A stretch of 64,000 bases of DNA from Camelus dromedarius. Its lineage: Eukaryota. The notes under the pieces are model-generated. The model worked only from the letters and a program-made list of their open reading frames with translations, was not told the origin of the DNA and ran no database searches. The stretch covers positions 81,036,001-81,100,000 of the forward strand of contig NC_087437.1 of the NCBI RefSeq assembly GCF_036321535.1, given 5' to 3'. This document shows, in pieces, positions 13,997 to 27,968 of the stretch. The translations under genes and the position numbers were made by a program. Each line of letters begins with the position of its first letter. Within the stretch, counting starts at the first letter, position 1.

Positions 13997-16519
13997 TTTA
14001 ACATTTTTTATTGATTTATAATCACTTTACAATGTTGTGTCAAATTCCAGTGTAGAGCACAAGTTTTCAGTGATACATGAACATATGTATATTCATTGTC
14101 ACATTTTTTTCTCTGTGAGCTACCATAAGATCTTGTGTATATTCCCCTGTGCTATACAGTATAATCTTGTTTGTCTGTTCTACAATTTTGAAATCCCGTC
14201 TATCCCTTCCCACCCTCCGCCCCCTTGGCAACCACAAGTTTGTATTCTATGTCTATGAGTCCATTTCTGTTTTGTATTTATGCTTTGTTTGTTTGTTTTT
14301 GTTTTTTGTTTTTTTTAGATTCCACATATGAGCGATCTCATATGGTATTTTTCTTTCTCTTTCTGGCTTTCTTCACTTAGAATGACATTCTCCAAGAGCA
14401 TCCATGTTGCTGCAAATGGCATTATGTTGTCAGTTTTTATGGCTGAGTAGTATTCCATTGTATAAATATACCACTTATTCTTTATCCAGTGATCCGTTGA
14501 TGGACATTTAGGCTGTCTCCATGTCTTGGCTATTGTAAATAGTGCTGCTATGAACATTGGGGTGCAGGTGTCATCCTGAAGTAGGGTTCCTTCTGGATAT
14601 ATGCCCAGGAGCGGGATTCCTGGGTCCTATGGTAAGTCTATTCCTAGTATTTTGAGGAATCTCCATACTGTTTTCCACAGTGGCTGCACCAAACTGCATT
14701 CCCACCAGCAGTGTAGGAGGGTTTCCCTTTCCCCACAGCCTCTCCAGCATTTGTCATTTGTGGATTTTTGAATGATGGCCATTCTGACTGGTGTGAGGCG
14801 ATACCTCATTGTAGTTTTGATTTGCATTTCTCTGCTAATTAGTGATATTGAGCATTTTTTTCATGTGCCTATTGATCATTTGTATGTCTTCTTTGGAGAA
14901 TTGCTTGTTTAGGACTTCTGCCCACTTTTGGATTGGGTTGATTGGGTTGTTTGGTTGTTTCTTATTAAGTCATATGAGCTGCTTATATATTCTGGAGATC
15001 AAGCCTTTGTCGGTTTCATTTGCAAAAATTTTCTCCCATTCCATAGGTTGTTTTTTTGTTTTACTTATGGTTTCCTTTGCTGTGCAGAAGCTTGTAAGTT
15101 TCATTAGGTCCCATTTGTTTATTCTTGCTTTTATTTCTATTGCTTGAGTGGACTGTTCTAGGAGAACATTTTTGAGATATATGTCAGATAATGTTTTGCC
15201 TATATTTTCTTCTAGGAGGTTTAGTGTATCTTGTCTTATGTTTAAGTCTTTGATCCATTTGGAGTTTATTTTTGTGTATGGTATAAGGGAGTGTTCTAGC
15301 TTCATAGCTTTATACGCTGCTGTCCAGTTTTCCCAACACCATTTGCTGAAGAGATTGTCTTTATTCCATTGTATATTCTTGCCTCCTTTGTCAAAGATTA
15401 GTTGACCAAAAGTTTGTGGGTTCATTTCTGGGCTCTCTGTTCTGTTCCATTGGTCTATATGTCTGTTTTTGTACCAATACTATGCTGTCTTGATGACTAT
15501 AGCTCTATAGTATTGTCTGAAGTCTGGGAGAGTTATTCCTCTAGCCTCTTTCTTTCTCTTCAGTAATGCTTTGGCAATTCTAGGTCTTTGATGGTTCCAT
15601 ATGAATTTTATTATGATTTGTTCTAGTTCTGTGAAATATGTCCTGGGTAATTCGATATGGATTGCATTAAATCTGTAGATTGCCTTGGGCAGTGTGACCA
15701 TTTTAACAATATTGATTCTTCCAATCCAAGAGCATGGGATATCTTTCCACTTTTTAAAGTCTCCTTTAATTTCCTTCATCAATGGTTTATAGTTTTCTGT
15801 GTATAATTCTTTCACCTCCTTGGTTAGATTTATTCCTAGGTATTTTATTACTTTGGGTGCTATTTTAAAGGGGATTGTTTCTTTATTTTCTTTTTCTGTT
15901 CATTCATCGTTAGTGTAAAGAAATGCAAATGATTTTTGAACGTTAATCTTGTAACCTGCTACCTTGCTGAATTCTTCGATCAGCTTTAGCAGTTTTTTTG
16001 TGGACCTTTTAGGGTCTTCTATATATAGTAACATGTCGTCGGCATATAGTGACACTTTTACCTCTTCTTTTCCAATTTGGATCCCTTTTATTTCTCTCTC
16101 TTGTCTGATTGCTGTGGCTAGGACTTCCAAGACTATGTTGAATAGGAGTGGTGATAGTGGGCATCCTTGTCTTGTCCCAGATTTTAGTGGGAAGCTTTTG
16201 AGTTTTTCACCGTTGAATACTATGCTGGCTGTAGGTTTGTCATATATAACTTTTATTATATTGAGATACATTCCCTCTATACCCACTTTGATGAGAGTTT
16301 TTACCATAAATGGGTGTTGAATTTTGTCAAATGCTTTTTCTGCATCAATTGAGATGATCATGTGGTTTTTGTCCTTTCTCTTGTTGGTGTGATGTATTAC
16401 ATTGATTGATTTGCGTATGTTGAACCACTCTTGTGTCCCTGGGATGAACCCCACTTGGTCATGATGTATAATCTTTTTTACGTGCTGTTGGATTCTACTT
16501 GCTAATATCTTGGTGAGGA
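13997..16519 (-). mobile_element. Young 5'-truncated L1, 2.5 kb, with RT domain (frameshifted)
   Basis: ORF2 pieces 15900-16519 ([29 protein letters not shown]), 15480-15815, 14970-15425, 14627-14827, 14315-14557; 3' end tttaacattttttattgatttataatc. Confidence 0.97.
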
Positions 16520-16645
16520 TTTTTTTTAATTGAAGCATAGTCATTTTACAATGTTGTGTCAATTTCTGGTGTACAGCACAATGCTTCAGTCACACATAAA
16601 CATACATATATTGATTTTCATATTCTTTTTTACCATAAGTTACTA
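16520..16645 (-). mobile_element. Short L1 3' end; its tail appears to be the target of the 2.5 kb L1
   Basis: ttttttttaattgaagcatagtcattttacaatgttg...accataagttacta. Confidence 0.85.
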
Positions 16646-16751
16646 TTTGTTTGTTTTAAATCTTAGTAAAATACACACAACATAAAAATGGCCGTCCTCA
16701 CCATTTTTAAGTATACAATCCAGTAGTGTTGAGTACATTTCCATTTGTTGT

Positions 16752-16910
16752 ATCTATATGAGATGAGGGATGTTCACTAAACTTACTGTGATTATCATTT
16801 CATGATGTATGTAAGTCAAATCATTGTGCCACACACCTTAAACTTATACAGTGCTGTGTGTCAATTATATCGCAATAAAACTGGAAGGAAAAAAAGAAAA
16901 AAAAAGAAAA
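16752..16910 (+). mobile_element. L1 3' terminus with AATAAA and A-tail
   Basis: gatgttcactaaacttactgtg...caccttaaacttatacagtgctgtgtgtcaattatatcgcaataaaactggaaggaaaaaaagaaaaaaaaag. Confidence 0.85.
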
Positions 16911-16949
16911 GACCTGTTCTAAACAAAAGAAATTGGTGAGAGCAGTGTT

Positions 16950-17286
16950 AATAATATTTATGACTTAACTCATCATATCCAAAATACTATAATTTCAGCA
17001 TGTAATAGATATAAACAGTTACTCATGCCATGGTTCATATCCTTCTTTCATATTGTCTTTGTAATCCAGTATAAGCATTTGTCACTTACAGCACATCTCA
17101 ATTTGAATGCTAAATTTTCATCAAAAATCATTGATCTGAAATTGAAGTTCATAAAATTTACAATTGAAAATGTAGTCTCACATATCCAAGTTATTCCAGA
17201 CATGCTTAAAAGTTGTCTGGTAATTGAATCAAGCATCAATTTTATATTTTAGTTAAAACTAAATTAAAAAGCCAGTTCCTACTCAT
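16950..17286 (-). mobile_element. Charlie1-type hAT DNA transposon fragment (transposase C-terminal dimerisation region)
   Basis: ORF 17048-17239(-) LLSMSGITWICETTFSIVNF...RSMIFDENLAFKLRCAV resembles the hAT C-terminal CE-x-x-FS motif. Confidence 0.8.
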
Positions 17287-17294
17287 AACCCAAG

Positions 17295-17674
17295 TCTTAC
17301 AAAACACCTGACCAGTGTTCACCAAAACTGCTAAGATCATCAAAAACAAGGAAAGTCTGAGAAACTATTACAGATCAGAGGAGGCTGGGGAGACTTGGCA
17401 CCTATATGTGATGTGGTATCCTTTTTGGGACCGCAGAACAGGAAAAGGACATTTGAGGAAAAACTGGAGAAATGTGGATAAAGTCTGGAATTTAGTTAAT
17501 GGTATTGTACCAATGTTAATGTCTTAGTTTTGACAAATGTACTGATTATATAATACATTAACAGTAGATAATCAGGTGAGGGGTATATGGGAACTCTCTA
17601 TACCATCATTGCAACTTTTCTGTAGATATAAAATTATTCCAAAATAGAAAAATTTAAAGTAAAAAAAAAAAAAA
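17295..17674 (+). mobile_element. L1MC-like 3' end
   Basis: catcaaaaacaaggaaagtctgagaaact...ttagttaatggtattgtaccaatgttaat...gggaactctct...gcaacttttctgta...aaattattccaaaata. Confidence 0.85.
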
Positions 17675-18169
17675 TACATTCTCATTGTTGTGCAGCCAAT
17701 CTCCCAGAACTCCTTATGTCTTGCAAAACTGAAACTCTGTACTCGTTAAATAACAGCTCCCTCTTCTCTCCTTCCCCTGGTCCTTGGCCACCACCATTCT
17801 ACCTTCTGTTACTGAGAGTCTGACTACTTTAGTTACCACATATCAGTGGAATCATGCAGTCTTTGTGTGATTGTGACTGGCTTATTTCACTTAATATAAT
17901 ATCCTCAAGTTTCATCCATGTTGTAGCATGTGTCATATCAGAGTTTCCTTTTTCTCAAGGCTGAAAAATATTCCATTGTATGTATATGACCCATTTTATT
18001 TATCTTTTCATCTCTTGTTGGACACTGGGCTGCTTCTACCTTTTAGCTACTGTGAATATGCTGCTATAAATATGAGTGTACAACAGGCAGATGTCTTTAT
18101 GAAATTCTATGATCTAGCTCCCTGGTCTCCTTGCTCCCCAGGATATTAGGATAAGGTTGGACTCTGTAC

Positions 18170-18775
18170 TCGGTATACCTGGGTTCCAAGCCTGGTTTTA
18201 CCTCTTATGAGCTATGCATTTTGGGGCAAGTGACTTAAGTTCTTTGATCTTGTTTCATTCTCTGTAATAAAAGAATAGTGGTATTTTTCCTTCTCTCTGG
18301 GTTACTTCACTTAGTAGGACTAAATACCATATGATATCCACTTATATGTGGAATCTAAAATAATGGGACAAATGAATTTATTTACAAAGCAGAGGCAGAC
18401 TCACAGACATAGAAGATAAACTTGTGGTTACTGGGGACAAAAAGGGGTGGTGTGGAGGGATAAACTGAGAGTTTGGGATTTGCAGATATTAACTACTATA
18501 TATAAAATAGATAAACAGAAAGGTCCTATTGTATAGCATAGGGAACTATATTCAATACCTTGTAATAGCCTATAATTAAAAAGAATATGAAAAGGGATAT
18601 GTACTGAATCACTATGCTGTACACCAGAAATTAACACAACATTTTAAGCAGACTTTACTTCAATTTAAAAAACAAAACAAAAAAAGGGAATAGTGATATT
18701 TAAACACAGAGTTGTTTTAGGAGTTAAAGACCTTGCACAATGTTGGCTACATTGTAAGAATTCAGTAAGTTCATT
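18170..18775 (+). mobile_element. MIR split by an L1 insertion (18170-18280 and 18690-18775)
   Basis: cctgggttccaagcctgg...gggcaagtgacttaag...tctgtaa|aatagtgatatt...cacagagttgttttaggagttaaa. Confidence 0.7.
18287..18687 (+). mobile_element. Short L1 3' end with 5' inversion
   Basis: Inverted piece ~18279-18320 (ggtatttttcc...acttcacttagta), sense 3'UTR 18321-18685 with A-rich tail, TSD gaatagtg(g/a)tattt at 18273-18286 and 18688-18701. Confidence 0.88.
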
Positions 18776-21039
18776 TCCCGCTTTCCCTTCAATTGTGCCA
18801 TCTCTTCTGTGAACTCCTGTGTCTCTCCCCTTCCTTTATTCTTGCTTTATTGCAAGGAGAGCCACAAACATTACCCATGAGTCCTGAGGGTGGATTACAC
18901 TGACACTAAAAAAAATTTCCCCAGGGTTCCAGTAGTGTTGGTCCAACCTCGTTTGACTAAGGAAATATTGCTCAGAGTTTCAAGGTTCTTTTGGAAGAGC
19001 ATTGACATAGCCAAGAAACCTTATGATCCGGTCTTTAACTTGACTTTCTTATTTAAAAGCAGGGAGTTGCACTTTTTTATTTCAAAAGCAGTTTCAGATA
19101 TTTGAATTCAGTTCAATATAAACTTCGAGGGAGGCCAAACTTGACCCACATGTGTTCCCTGACGCCTAACTCAGTTGGGCCCAACGGCTTGACCTTGATC
19201 TAGTAAAGAAAACAGGACCTTTACTTGTTTATATTGGCAGTAAATGTTTGATTTCATTTCCCTTGGAGAGTGTCATTGAGATAAAGGCCTCTGCGTGGTA
19301 CATTCTAAGAACATCATAGTATAGTGACTATACCAGTAATGGTCTATTTACTTGAGCTCAGTTCAGTGGTATAAATATTACTTTAAAACGTCAGAAAAAA
19401 TATATCTTTAAATATTTGGAAACGTATACAGAGAAAATTTGTGATTTTAGATCTTGGCAAAAAACTATAAAGAAATGAAGTGCCAGATTTGCTTTGTTGG
19501 AAAAGTTAAGTTTAACGACTGTCTAGAGAGAAAAAAGTAAGAGAATAACTTGAACTTTGGTGAAGAAAAATAGTGTAAAATAAAAGAAATTTTGGTAGAG
19601 GTGACATCAAAATCGGACAGGTAGAAGTGATACTTTTTCTCCAAATTCCACACATCGAAGAGTGCAAAACAGCATTTCAACCTCATGATTCAGTGTGACG
19701 TTAGCTGGTACTAAAATGAACAGCCATACGTGAGCTTATTTATTTTCAAGTTCATACAAATGCTAAATAAGAAAATTAAGTTAGATTCATAAAATGTTTT
19801 GCTTTTGCAAAAACAAGGCCCCACAAACACAGATCATGGTTATTGTTGGAAATCCTTTTTCACTGTATGTGAATGTTTAGTGTAACATGCTTGCAGAGTA
19901 AGTTGGGGAACCTGAGAAGTGTTCTGAAGAGCCCTGGGAGTTGGAGTGTCATTGTCTCGAGGGTAACAGAATTCCAGTCTCACTCACAGGATAGGGGTGA
20001 AAACAGGGCTAAGGTAAGCAACAGATGGTCCCAAATTCAGTGAACCCTATGTTATGCTGGGACAAGATGATGTTGTAAAGTCTACTGAGTGTATCTTTAA
20101 TGGAATAGACTCCATCCCCTACCTGGACTTGGTGAACTTTGAAACAAGGCAGTAGCTGGGCAGTAGCTGATGGTGTTAACCCGCTGGTGCTTATCTTCAG
20201 GAGAAGCTGTGCCGCCAGGTACTGGAGGTGAGACCACTAGTGGAGGACTGGCAGTATTGCAATCTCTTGTTGTAAGGAAGTTGCAAGTCTTATATCTATG
20301 CTGGCCAAGGTCCCAGGGAGGATTACAAAGTCACAGTTCCTTCATTTACTCAAAATAAATATTTTGAATGATTATTGTTTGCTGGGTATCATCTAAGACC
20401 TGGCTTCCAGAGATTAGTAAGTGCACAATTCCTGTCCTCAAGAAGCCTACCTCAGGATAAATTGCCTGTTCAGTGGTGTGCAGAGTGTGTTCTCTTTATT
20501 TAAAGGTAGAGGCTAAAGACAGAAGATGTGTGGATACCTCTGACCCATAGTTTTATCAAGTGGAATTTGAGGAGAGGGAAAGGAGAAGTTCAAGTTAGTG
20601 TGAGCTGCTTCCAGAAAGAGTCAGGATGAATCAGCACAGGATAGTGTGGAGTTAGTGGAAATCCAAGGAGGGGACTTAGGAGTGAAAGAGGATGATATCA
20701 ATGAAGCCAGAGGAGGTCCCCAAAATGTAACTTACTGTTAGTCTCAAGGATACATTGTGTAAATAATTATATGGTATTGAGGCAATTATCTTTGTGAGAG
20801 CTGAAGAGGACCTGATCTGTCATCTAATGAACTTACTCTTCTTTCAGCTCAACAAAGTGGAGCCTAGAGGGGTAATTGGAGTTGCTTTAGTTGAAAGAAA
20901 CAATTAGCCATTTTTTTGGTGGCAGAAATACACTTAAAATATCCATATTATATAGAATTAGAGATCGCCCATATGCTGATGGCTTCAGAGATCTTTCCAA
21001 GATCACATTTTATCTAAATCCACCCAGTGCTTTTCAGAG

Positions 21040-22470
<1,431 letters not shown>

Positions 22471-22649
22471 GGAAAGGTTTCTGCATTATTCTAAATCAAA
22501 GCAGGCTGGAGAAGCATATTGGAGTCAACTGGAAACCTGGATTGAAGTTCAAAACCCATATTCTCATCGAATGTGCCCTGCCCCTCCTTATAGCATGTCA
22601 GAATCTTTAAGATGGTATATGTATATGATTGAAAGTAAGAGAAACTACT

Positions 22650-23260
22650 AAGGAGATAAAGATGCATATTTTAAAAAATCTAGCAATACAGGAAAAACTA
22701 TGAAAAGATGCTCAGCCTTGCAGTGGAACCATTTCATACCCATCAGAGGAACAGAAATGAAAAACATGACACATCAGGTACTGGTTCTAATATGGGGAAA
22801 TGGGAATCCAAACACTTCTGGTGGCCCTTTGGAGGGTAACTTAGCAGTAACCTGTGAACTCAAAGATGTGTATGTCCTTTGGCCAGTAATTGACACTTCT
22901 TGGTCCATATTCCAGAGAAACGGTGGCACATGTACACATGAAAGAAGATGTTTGGAAATAATTATTGCTTCTGTGTGCAGTGGCAAAAACATGGAAACAT
23001 CCTGAATATTCAATAGGAGAAGAGAAAAAATGGTAGCAAAATCATTTAGTGGAATAGCATACAGCAGTTAAGATGTATCAACCAGCGTTGTCAGTATCAA
23101 CATGAGTATATATAAAAAACATAGGGTAGGATAATACAGTGTGATACCATTTTTAAATTAAAATATGCAAAAAAGTAAATTTTTTAAAATATATTTGGTA
23201 AATGTGTTAAGATATGCAAGGAATATAAACACTGCATTCTTGCCCGATTGTAAATAAATA
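22650..23260 (+). mobile_element. Ancient L1ME-like 3' region
   Basis: tatgaaaagatgctcagcct; ccatttcatacccatcag; tttggagggtaacttagcagta; gtggaatagcatacagcagttaa. Confidence 0.7.
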
Positions 23261-23457
23261 GTGGGGACTGGAAAGAAACATGGAAATGTGAAGACAGCTC
23301 TATTTGTTAGGATGATGGAATAATGCTTGTTTTCTGAGTTTCTATTTGTCTTACGCGGTTTGGGCTATAGTTCACTGTAAATTCTCTATTCCCATAATTG
23401 CTGGCATTGGATCCTCTTGAGAATTCATCCAGTTGATCTGAATGGGGAACTGTCTAC

Positions 23458-23612
23458 AGCCTTGCTGCTCAAAGTGTGGTACGCTGACCAACAACATCAT
23501 CGCCTGGGCGCTTGTTAGAAATGCAGAATCTCAGGCTCCACCTGAATCGGCATCTGCATTCTAACAACATCCTGAGGGATTCCTGTGCACATGTAAGTTT
23601 GAGAAGCCCTAG
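23458..23612. mobile_element. MER5A (hAT-Charlie)
   Basis: ctcaaagtgtggt...cttgttagaaatgcagaatctcaggctccacc...tctgcattctaacaa...aagtttgagaagcc. Confidence 0.85.
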
Positions 23613-23626
23613 ACTACAAGGCAGAG

Positions 23627-23830
23627 CAGTGACTCTCAAGGGAGGGCTATGAGGGGAACAATTTTGTCCCCTAAGGCACACTTGACAATATCTGGTGACA
23701 TTTGGCGGGTGCTACTGGCATCTCATAGAGAGCGATCAGGACTGCTGCCAAACAATCTACAAGGCACAGGACTGTCTCCCCTAACAAAGAATTATCCAGC
23801 CCCAAATATCAGGATAAGAAACCCTGATGT
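23627..23830. mobile_element. MER20 (hAT-Charlie)
   Basis: gcagtgactctcaa...acttgacaatatctggtgacattt...gctactggcatct...acaaagaattatccagccccaaatatca...gaaaccctg. Confidence 0.85.
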
Positions 23831-24429
23831 AGAGGAAAATTAGTTTCGCCCAATTCCAATTTGCCCAATTCAAGAAATTTAAAAAAGCACTAAATTCTGA
23901 ATAGGTGTTCCTTCTGGCAAGACACGGAGGAGAATGAGATTAGGGAAAGTAACTGTAATGTTTTATTTAAAGTAAACTACAGTTAAAGAGGTTGAATAGC
24001 TTTGCCAAATTATACCAATTAGCCAGACCTCTAGTAGTCTAAGTTAGTGTAGGAATAGATAGCAAAAATTGGACCTGAAAGATTAAAAAGTAAAAATGTG
24101 TTTTTTGGAAGGGATACAGATCAAAACAAACTCAATGCCTTATGTAATTGTGGGTGGGTACATAAACAATTTTTGTTTTTGGCCAAGTCGCAAAGACCTG
24201 CCTTGACTCTCTGCTATCAGAGAAGTGTTGAAACATTGTCTACACTAACTTTCTGGATACGCCCTACTTTAGTGGTGCTGTGTAAACAGCCTAACTGGCA
24301 CTTTCAAGGGGAGCCATAATATGAGGGCAGCATGTGATGGAAATTCTATGTTCCCTTGCTAATCCAGTCCTTTTCTACCTGACCTTTAAATGTTTTAGTT
24401 TGTCACGACTCCAACCTCTTAACACTCTA

Positions 24430-25455
24430 CATTCTTGCACTAAGTGATCACATCTATTTTCACATTTACACCTCAAATTCAGGGAGCTCATTTGCGCTCT
24501 AGACCTCAAATAGCCAACTACTCGCTCAACATCCCACTGAAAACCCTATGGACAATTCAGAGCCCGAGTCTAATGCTGGATTCATTCTCTTTCCCCCCCA
24601 CCTCTTGCAAACATATTCCTGCTGTGTTTCCTTCCCCGCAGTACAGTTTCACCATCCACCCAGCAGCACCTCCCCAAAACCTGGGAGTCATTTTTGGCAT
24701 CTCCCTCTCCCTTATCCCTTACATCCAATCTATCCCTAAGTTCTGTTGATTCTGCCTTATAAATACATCTCAAATACATTGGCATTTCCACAAATTCATT
24801 ACTACTCTTGGTTTTTCCTGGTCTTTGCATCCTCACTGGTCTCCTTATATATGTCAGCACCCACTCCCTCAACTCCCTCATCCATATTTGACTAGCCTCC
24901 ACCCACTATGTTGTTCTCCATACAGTATCTGGAGTGATCTTCTCAAAATGCAAATCAGAATGTATCACTTCCACTTAAAGCATTTCTTAGTTCCCCATTG
25001 CTGTTGGGGGTCCATCCATAATCCTTCCCAAGCACTACAGGACCTGGTCTCTTCCTGTCTTGGAAGCCACATCTTCTTGCAGTCATCTTTTCTCACTCTT
25101 CTCTGATCCAGCCTCCAGCCACAGTGCTGCCCCTTTAATTCCTCAAATGTGTTAAGCTGTTTCCTGTTTCATAACTGTTTTAACTGATCCCAGCCACCAC
25201 TTCCCAATCCCCCCACCCAAGAGATGCCTCTTCATTCTTTGGCTCTCAGCTCAAATATCACTTTCTCAGGGAAGCCTTCATGACCACCTTAGGAGAGGTT
25301 ATCTGTAATACCCAACTCCGTACTTGCTGATAGCATTTCGCCAAAAAATAATTAAACACTCAGCTGCATGACTGTTTGCTTGTCCCACTAGACAGTAAGT
25401 TTCACAGGAGCAGGACAGTGCTTGCTGTTCACTGCTGCCTCCCCAGGACTAACTG
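24430..25455 (+). mobile_element. L2 LINE
   Basis: ccccaaaacctgggagtcatttttg; gatcttctcaaaatgcaaatcagaatgtatcact; cccactagacagtaagtttcacagggagcaggac. Confidence 0.8.
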
Positions 25456-26389
25456 GGATAACAGTTTTAAATGTTTTAAAAACCTATTTGGAATTAAATA
25501 TGTAGATATGACTTCATTCTGTGTCTGAGTGTTTTCTGAAGCTTGGAAAGTGATCAAATCCCTATGCCTGTTAGATAAGCTTACTTTTAGAGGTTGTAGA
25601 GTTTGTGCCTGGGAAGACTTCATTGGAACACCTTCTAGAATGACCCCTCAAGTAATCCTTAGTCAAAGCACATTAGTTGTAGGCTGGTGAATGAGGAGGA
25701 GAGAAATTTTTCCCATGATGGTGTGACTGTCTTGCCTTTGGTATTGAAAGAGAATGGAGATTGGATTTCGATCAGCCTCAGATTCTCAGTTCTTCCACTT
25801 AAATGTTGGCTTATTTTTTTAACTGCCCCAGGCTTCTGTTTCTTTATTTATGTAATGGACCCTATCCCCTTCATGTGATCATGTATGAGATACCATAGAT
25901 TTATTGAGATAACATTTTTCAAGCTCTTAGCATGGTGATTGCTCCTAGTAGAGACTTAATGAATTCTAGTTCTTTTCAATTTTATTTATTTCTGTATACA
26001 TTGCTCAGTTGTCTTTGAGCTGGGATCCAGGGCCCCAGATAATTGAAATCAGAATTTTGACACATAAAAACCTCTTCTTCCTAGAGCTTATTTTAAGAGA
26101 TGATTTTGATAGACTTAGACCAAGTGAAAGATTATATGACCATAGTACACATCAAAGTGCCTTTGTGCATTTGGACAAAACTGATAATTAAGCAAGGAAA
26201 AAAGAAGAACTCTCATATGTAGAAGATTGCTAGCAATATACTACTACGTTGTAAGAGGAGAATGAAGCAAAGCCCATCCTACCAGGACTGGATGCCGTTC
26301 GGTCATGACCTTTCTGAAATATGGTAGTAGATGTCTTCTAAAGAGTAGCTGGAAGAAGGACCAACGTGCATCCTCCTGCATGTTGATAG

Positions 26390-27410
26390 AGTGATTCATC
26401 CATCCCGCAGCCCAGTCATCTCATAAGTGGTTGAGTGCTCAGGATATGTCAGGCAACATGCCTGCAGCACCAGTCCAACAGTAAACAAGACACAGTTCTG
26501 CCCTGCTGAAAGTAAAGGAGGAAGGGGAGGAAGTGATAATAAACTAATATATATGACATCAGGTAGTGATAAATGCAATAACACTTAGAAAAGAATAAGG
26601 GGATAGAGTGTGTGTGTGTGTGTGTGTGTGTGTTGGAGGTGTGTGGTCTTCTATACAATGTGGTCTGCAAAAGCCTCTAAAAGAGATTTGAACAGAGGCC
26701 TGAATATATTGAGGGAGCAAGATTCGTGGGTCCCTGGGGGAATGGGTTTCCAAGCATAGGTGACAGCAAGCATGAAGGTGCTAAGCAGTGTGCTTAGTGT
26801 ATCTCAGAAATGGCGAGGGAGCGGGTGCAGGGGGAGCACAGCAAGGAAGGGGCAGTGCGAGTGAGGGCAGGGTGGGGGCCAGCACACCACTCTGAGATTT
26901 TCCTTTGTGTCCTAGAGACATGAGAAGTCATGGGGAGTTTTGAGCATGATCTTATTTACCCTTAAACAGGATTGCTCTGGCTGCTACAGGAAAATAAACT
27001 GTTGGTGGGGGGCATGGGCAGAAGCAGGGAGACCGATCAGGAGGCTGTTAACAAAGCTAGATGAGAAGTATGTTCCCCTCAGTACTAGTTATGTTGATAA
27101 AATGTACCTTCATATGACGCTTATTTAGAAAACAACATTCTACCAGCTACTGACTACCACATTAAATCCAGCCTGTTTCTCTTTGCTTATTCTGTCGCTT
27201 CCCTCTGTCTGCTACCTCTCAAATGTAAAAGCTTAAACTAGAGTAATAATCATGAAGGTGATGAAGAATAGCCGGATTTTGGATATAGTTCAAAGGTAGA
27301 GCTGACAGGGTTTGCTAATGGACTAAACGAAAGGTATGAAAGAAAGAGGAGTCAAGAATGGCACTTAAGAATTGGGCCTGAGCAACTGGAAGATTGGAAG
27401 AGATGGGAAC
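26390..27410 (-). mobile_element. L2 LINE
   Basis: ttgagtgctcaggatatgtcaggca; ggattgctctggctgct; tttggatatagttcaaaggtagagctgacagggtttgctaatggact; tgggcctgagcaactggaag. Confidence 0.8.
26608..26633. repeat. (GT)13 microsatellite
   Basis: Seen directly. Confidence 0.95.
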
Positions 27411-27968
27411 ACTGAGAGAGAGGCAGATGCAGGGCACGCTTCAAGGTCTTTTTCATTCTCTAAGACTATCCTATTGCGACATTTTCTGGAAGGAATCCTA
27501 TTTTAGGCGTTTCAGCCATCCTCTTCCTGCGGTTCTGTTGACTGCTGAGGGCTGGGCCCCATGTGATACAGGAGCCTGGCATGCAGGGCATTCTGTAAGG
27601 GAAGTGGGAGGAGTGTAAGACAAAGATTGCACCTATTTGGCTGCTTAACCAAGGGTGAGCCCTGTTTATTCAAACACACTCCTGACTTGCTGTCTCCCTA
27701 GAGGTCCAAAGCTGGAGTAACAGCTGTGGGTGATTCCCAACTTGGCAGAGGCTGCAATAGCCATTAAGGCTCCAAAAAATGAATCTCGAACTTTTCCAAG
27801 TTTTGGTTAGTAAAAGCATAGCACTGGAAGAAGGAAGAACTCAAAGAAGGTCATAGCTGGAAGGAACCTTTCACTAGAGTCCAAATGAAGACTCAGAGAA
27901 ACATGAGGCTCAGAGAGGTTACGCAGCTCCTGCAGGGACATGAAGAGCAGTCAATACAGGACTAGAAC

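Larger units (their letters stand above)
16646..18085 (-). mobile_element. Older L1MB-like 3' end split in two (16646-16750 and 17675-18085)
   Basis: gtaaaatacacacaacataaaa...aagtatacaatccagtagtgttgagtacatt continues as tacattctcattgttgtgcagccaatctcccagaac...aaaactgaaactctgtac. Confidence 0.8.

Noticed and set aside
15900..16562. 220-aa reverse transcriptase ORF as a functional gene
   Set aside because: Fragment of a 5'-truncated, frameshifted L1 ORF2; its N-terminus comes from the adjacent L1 tail.
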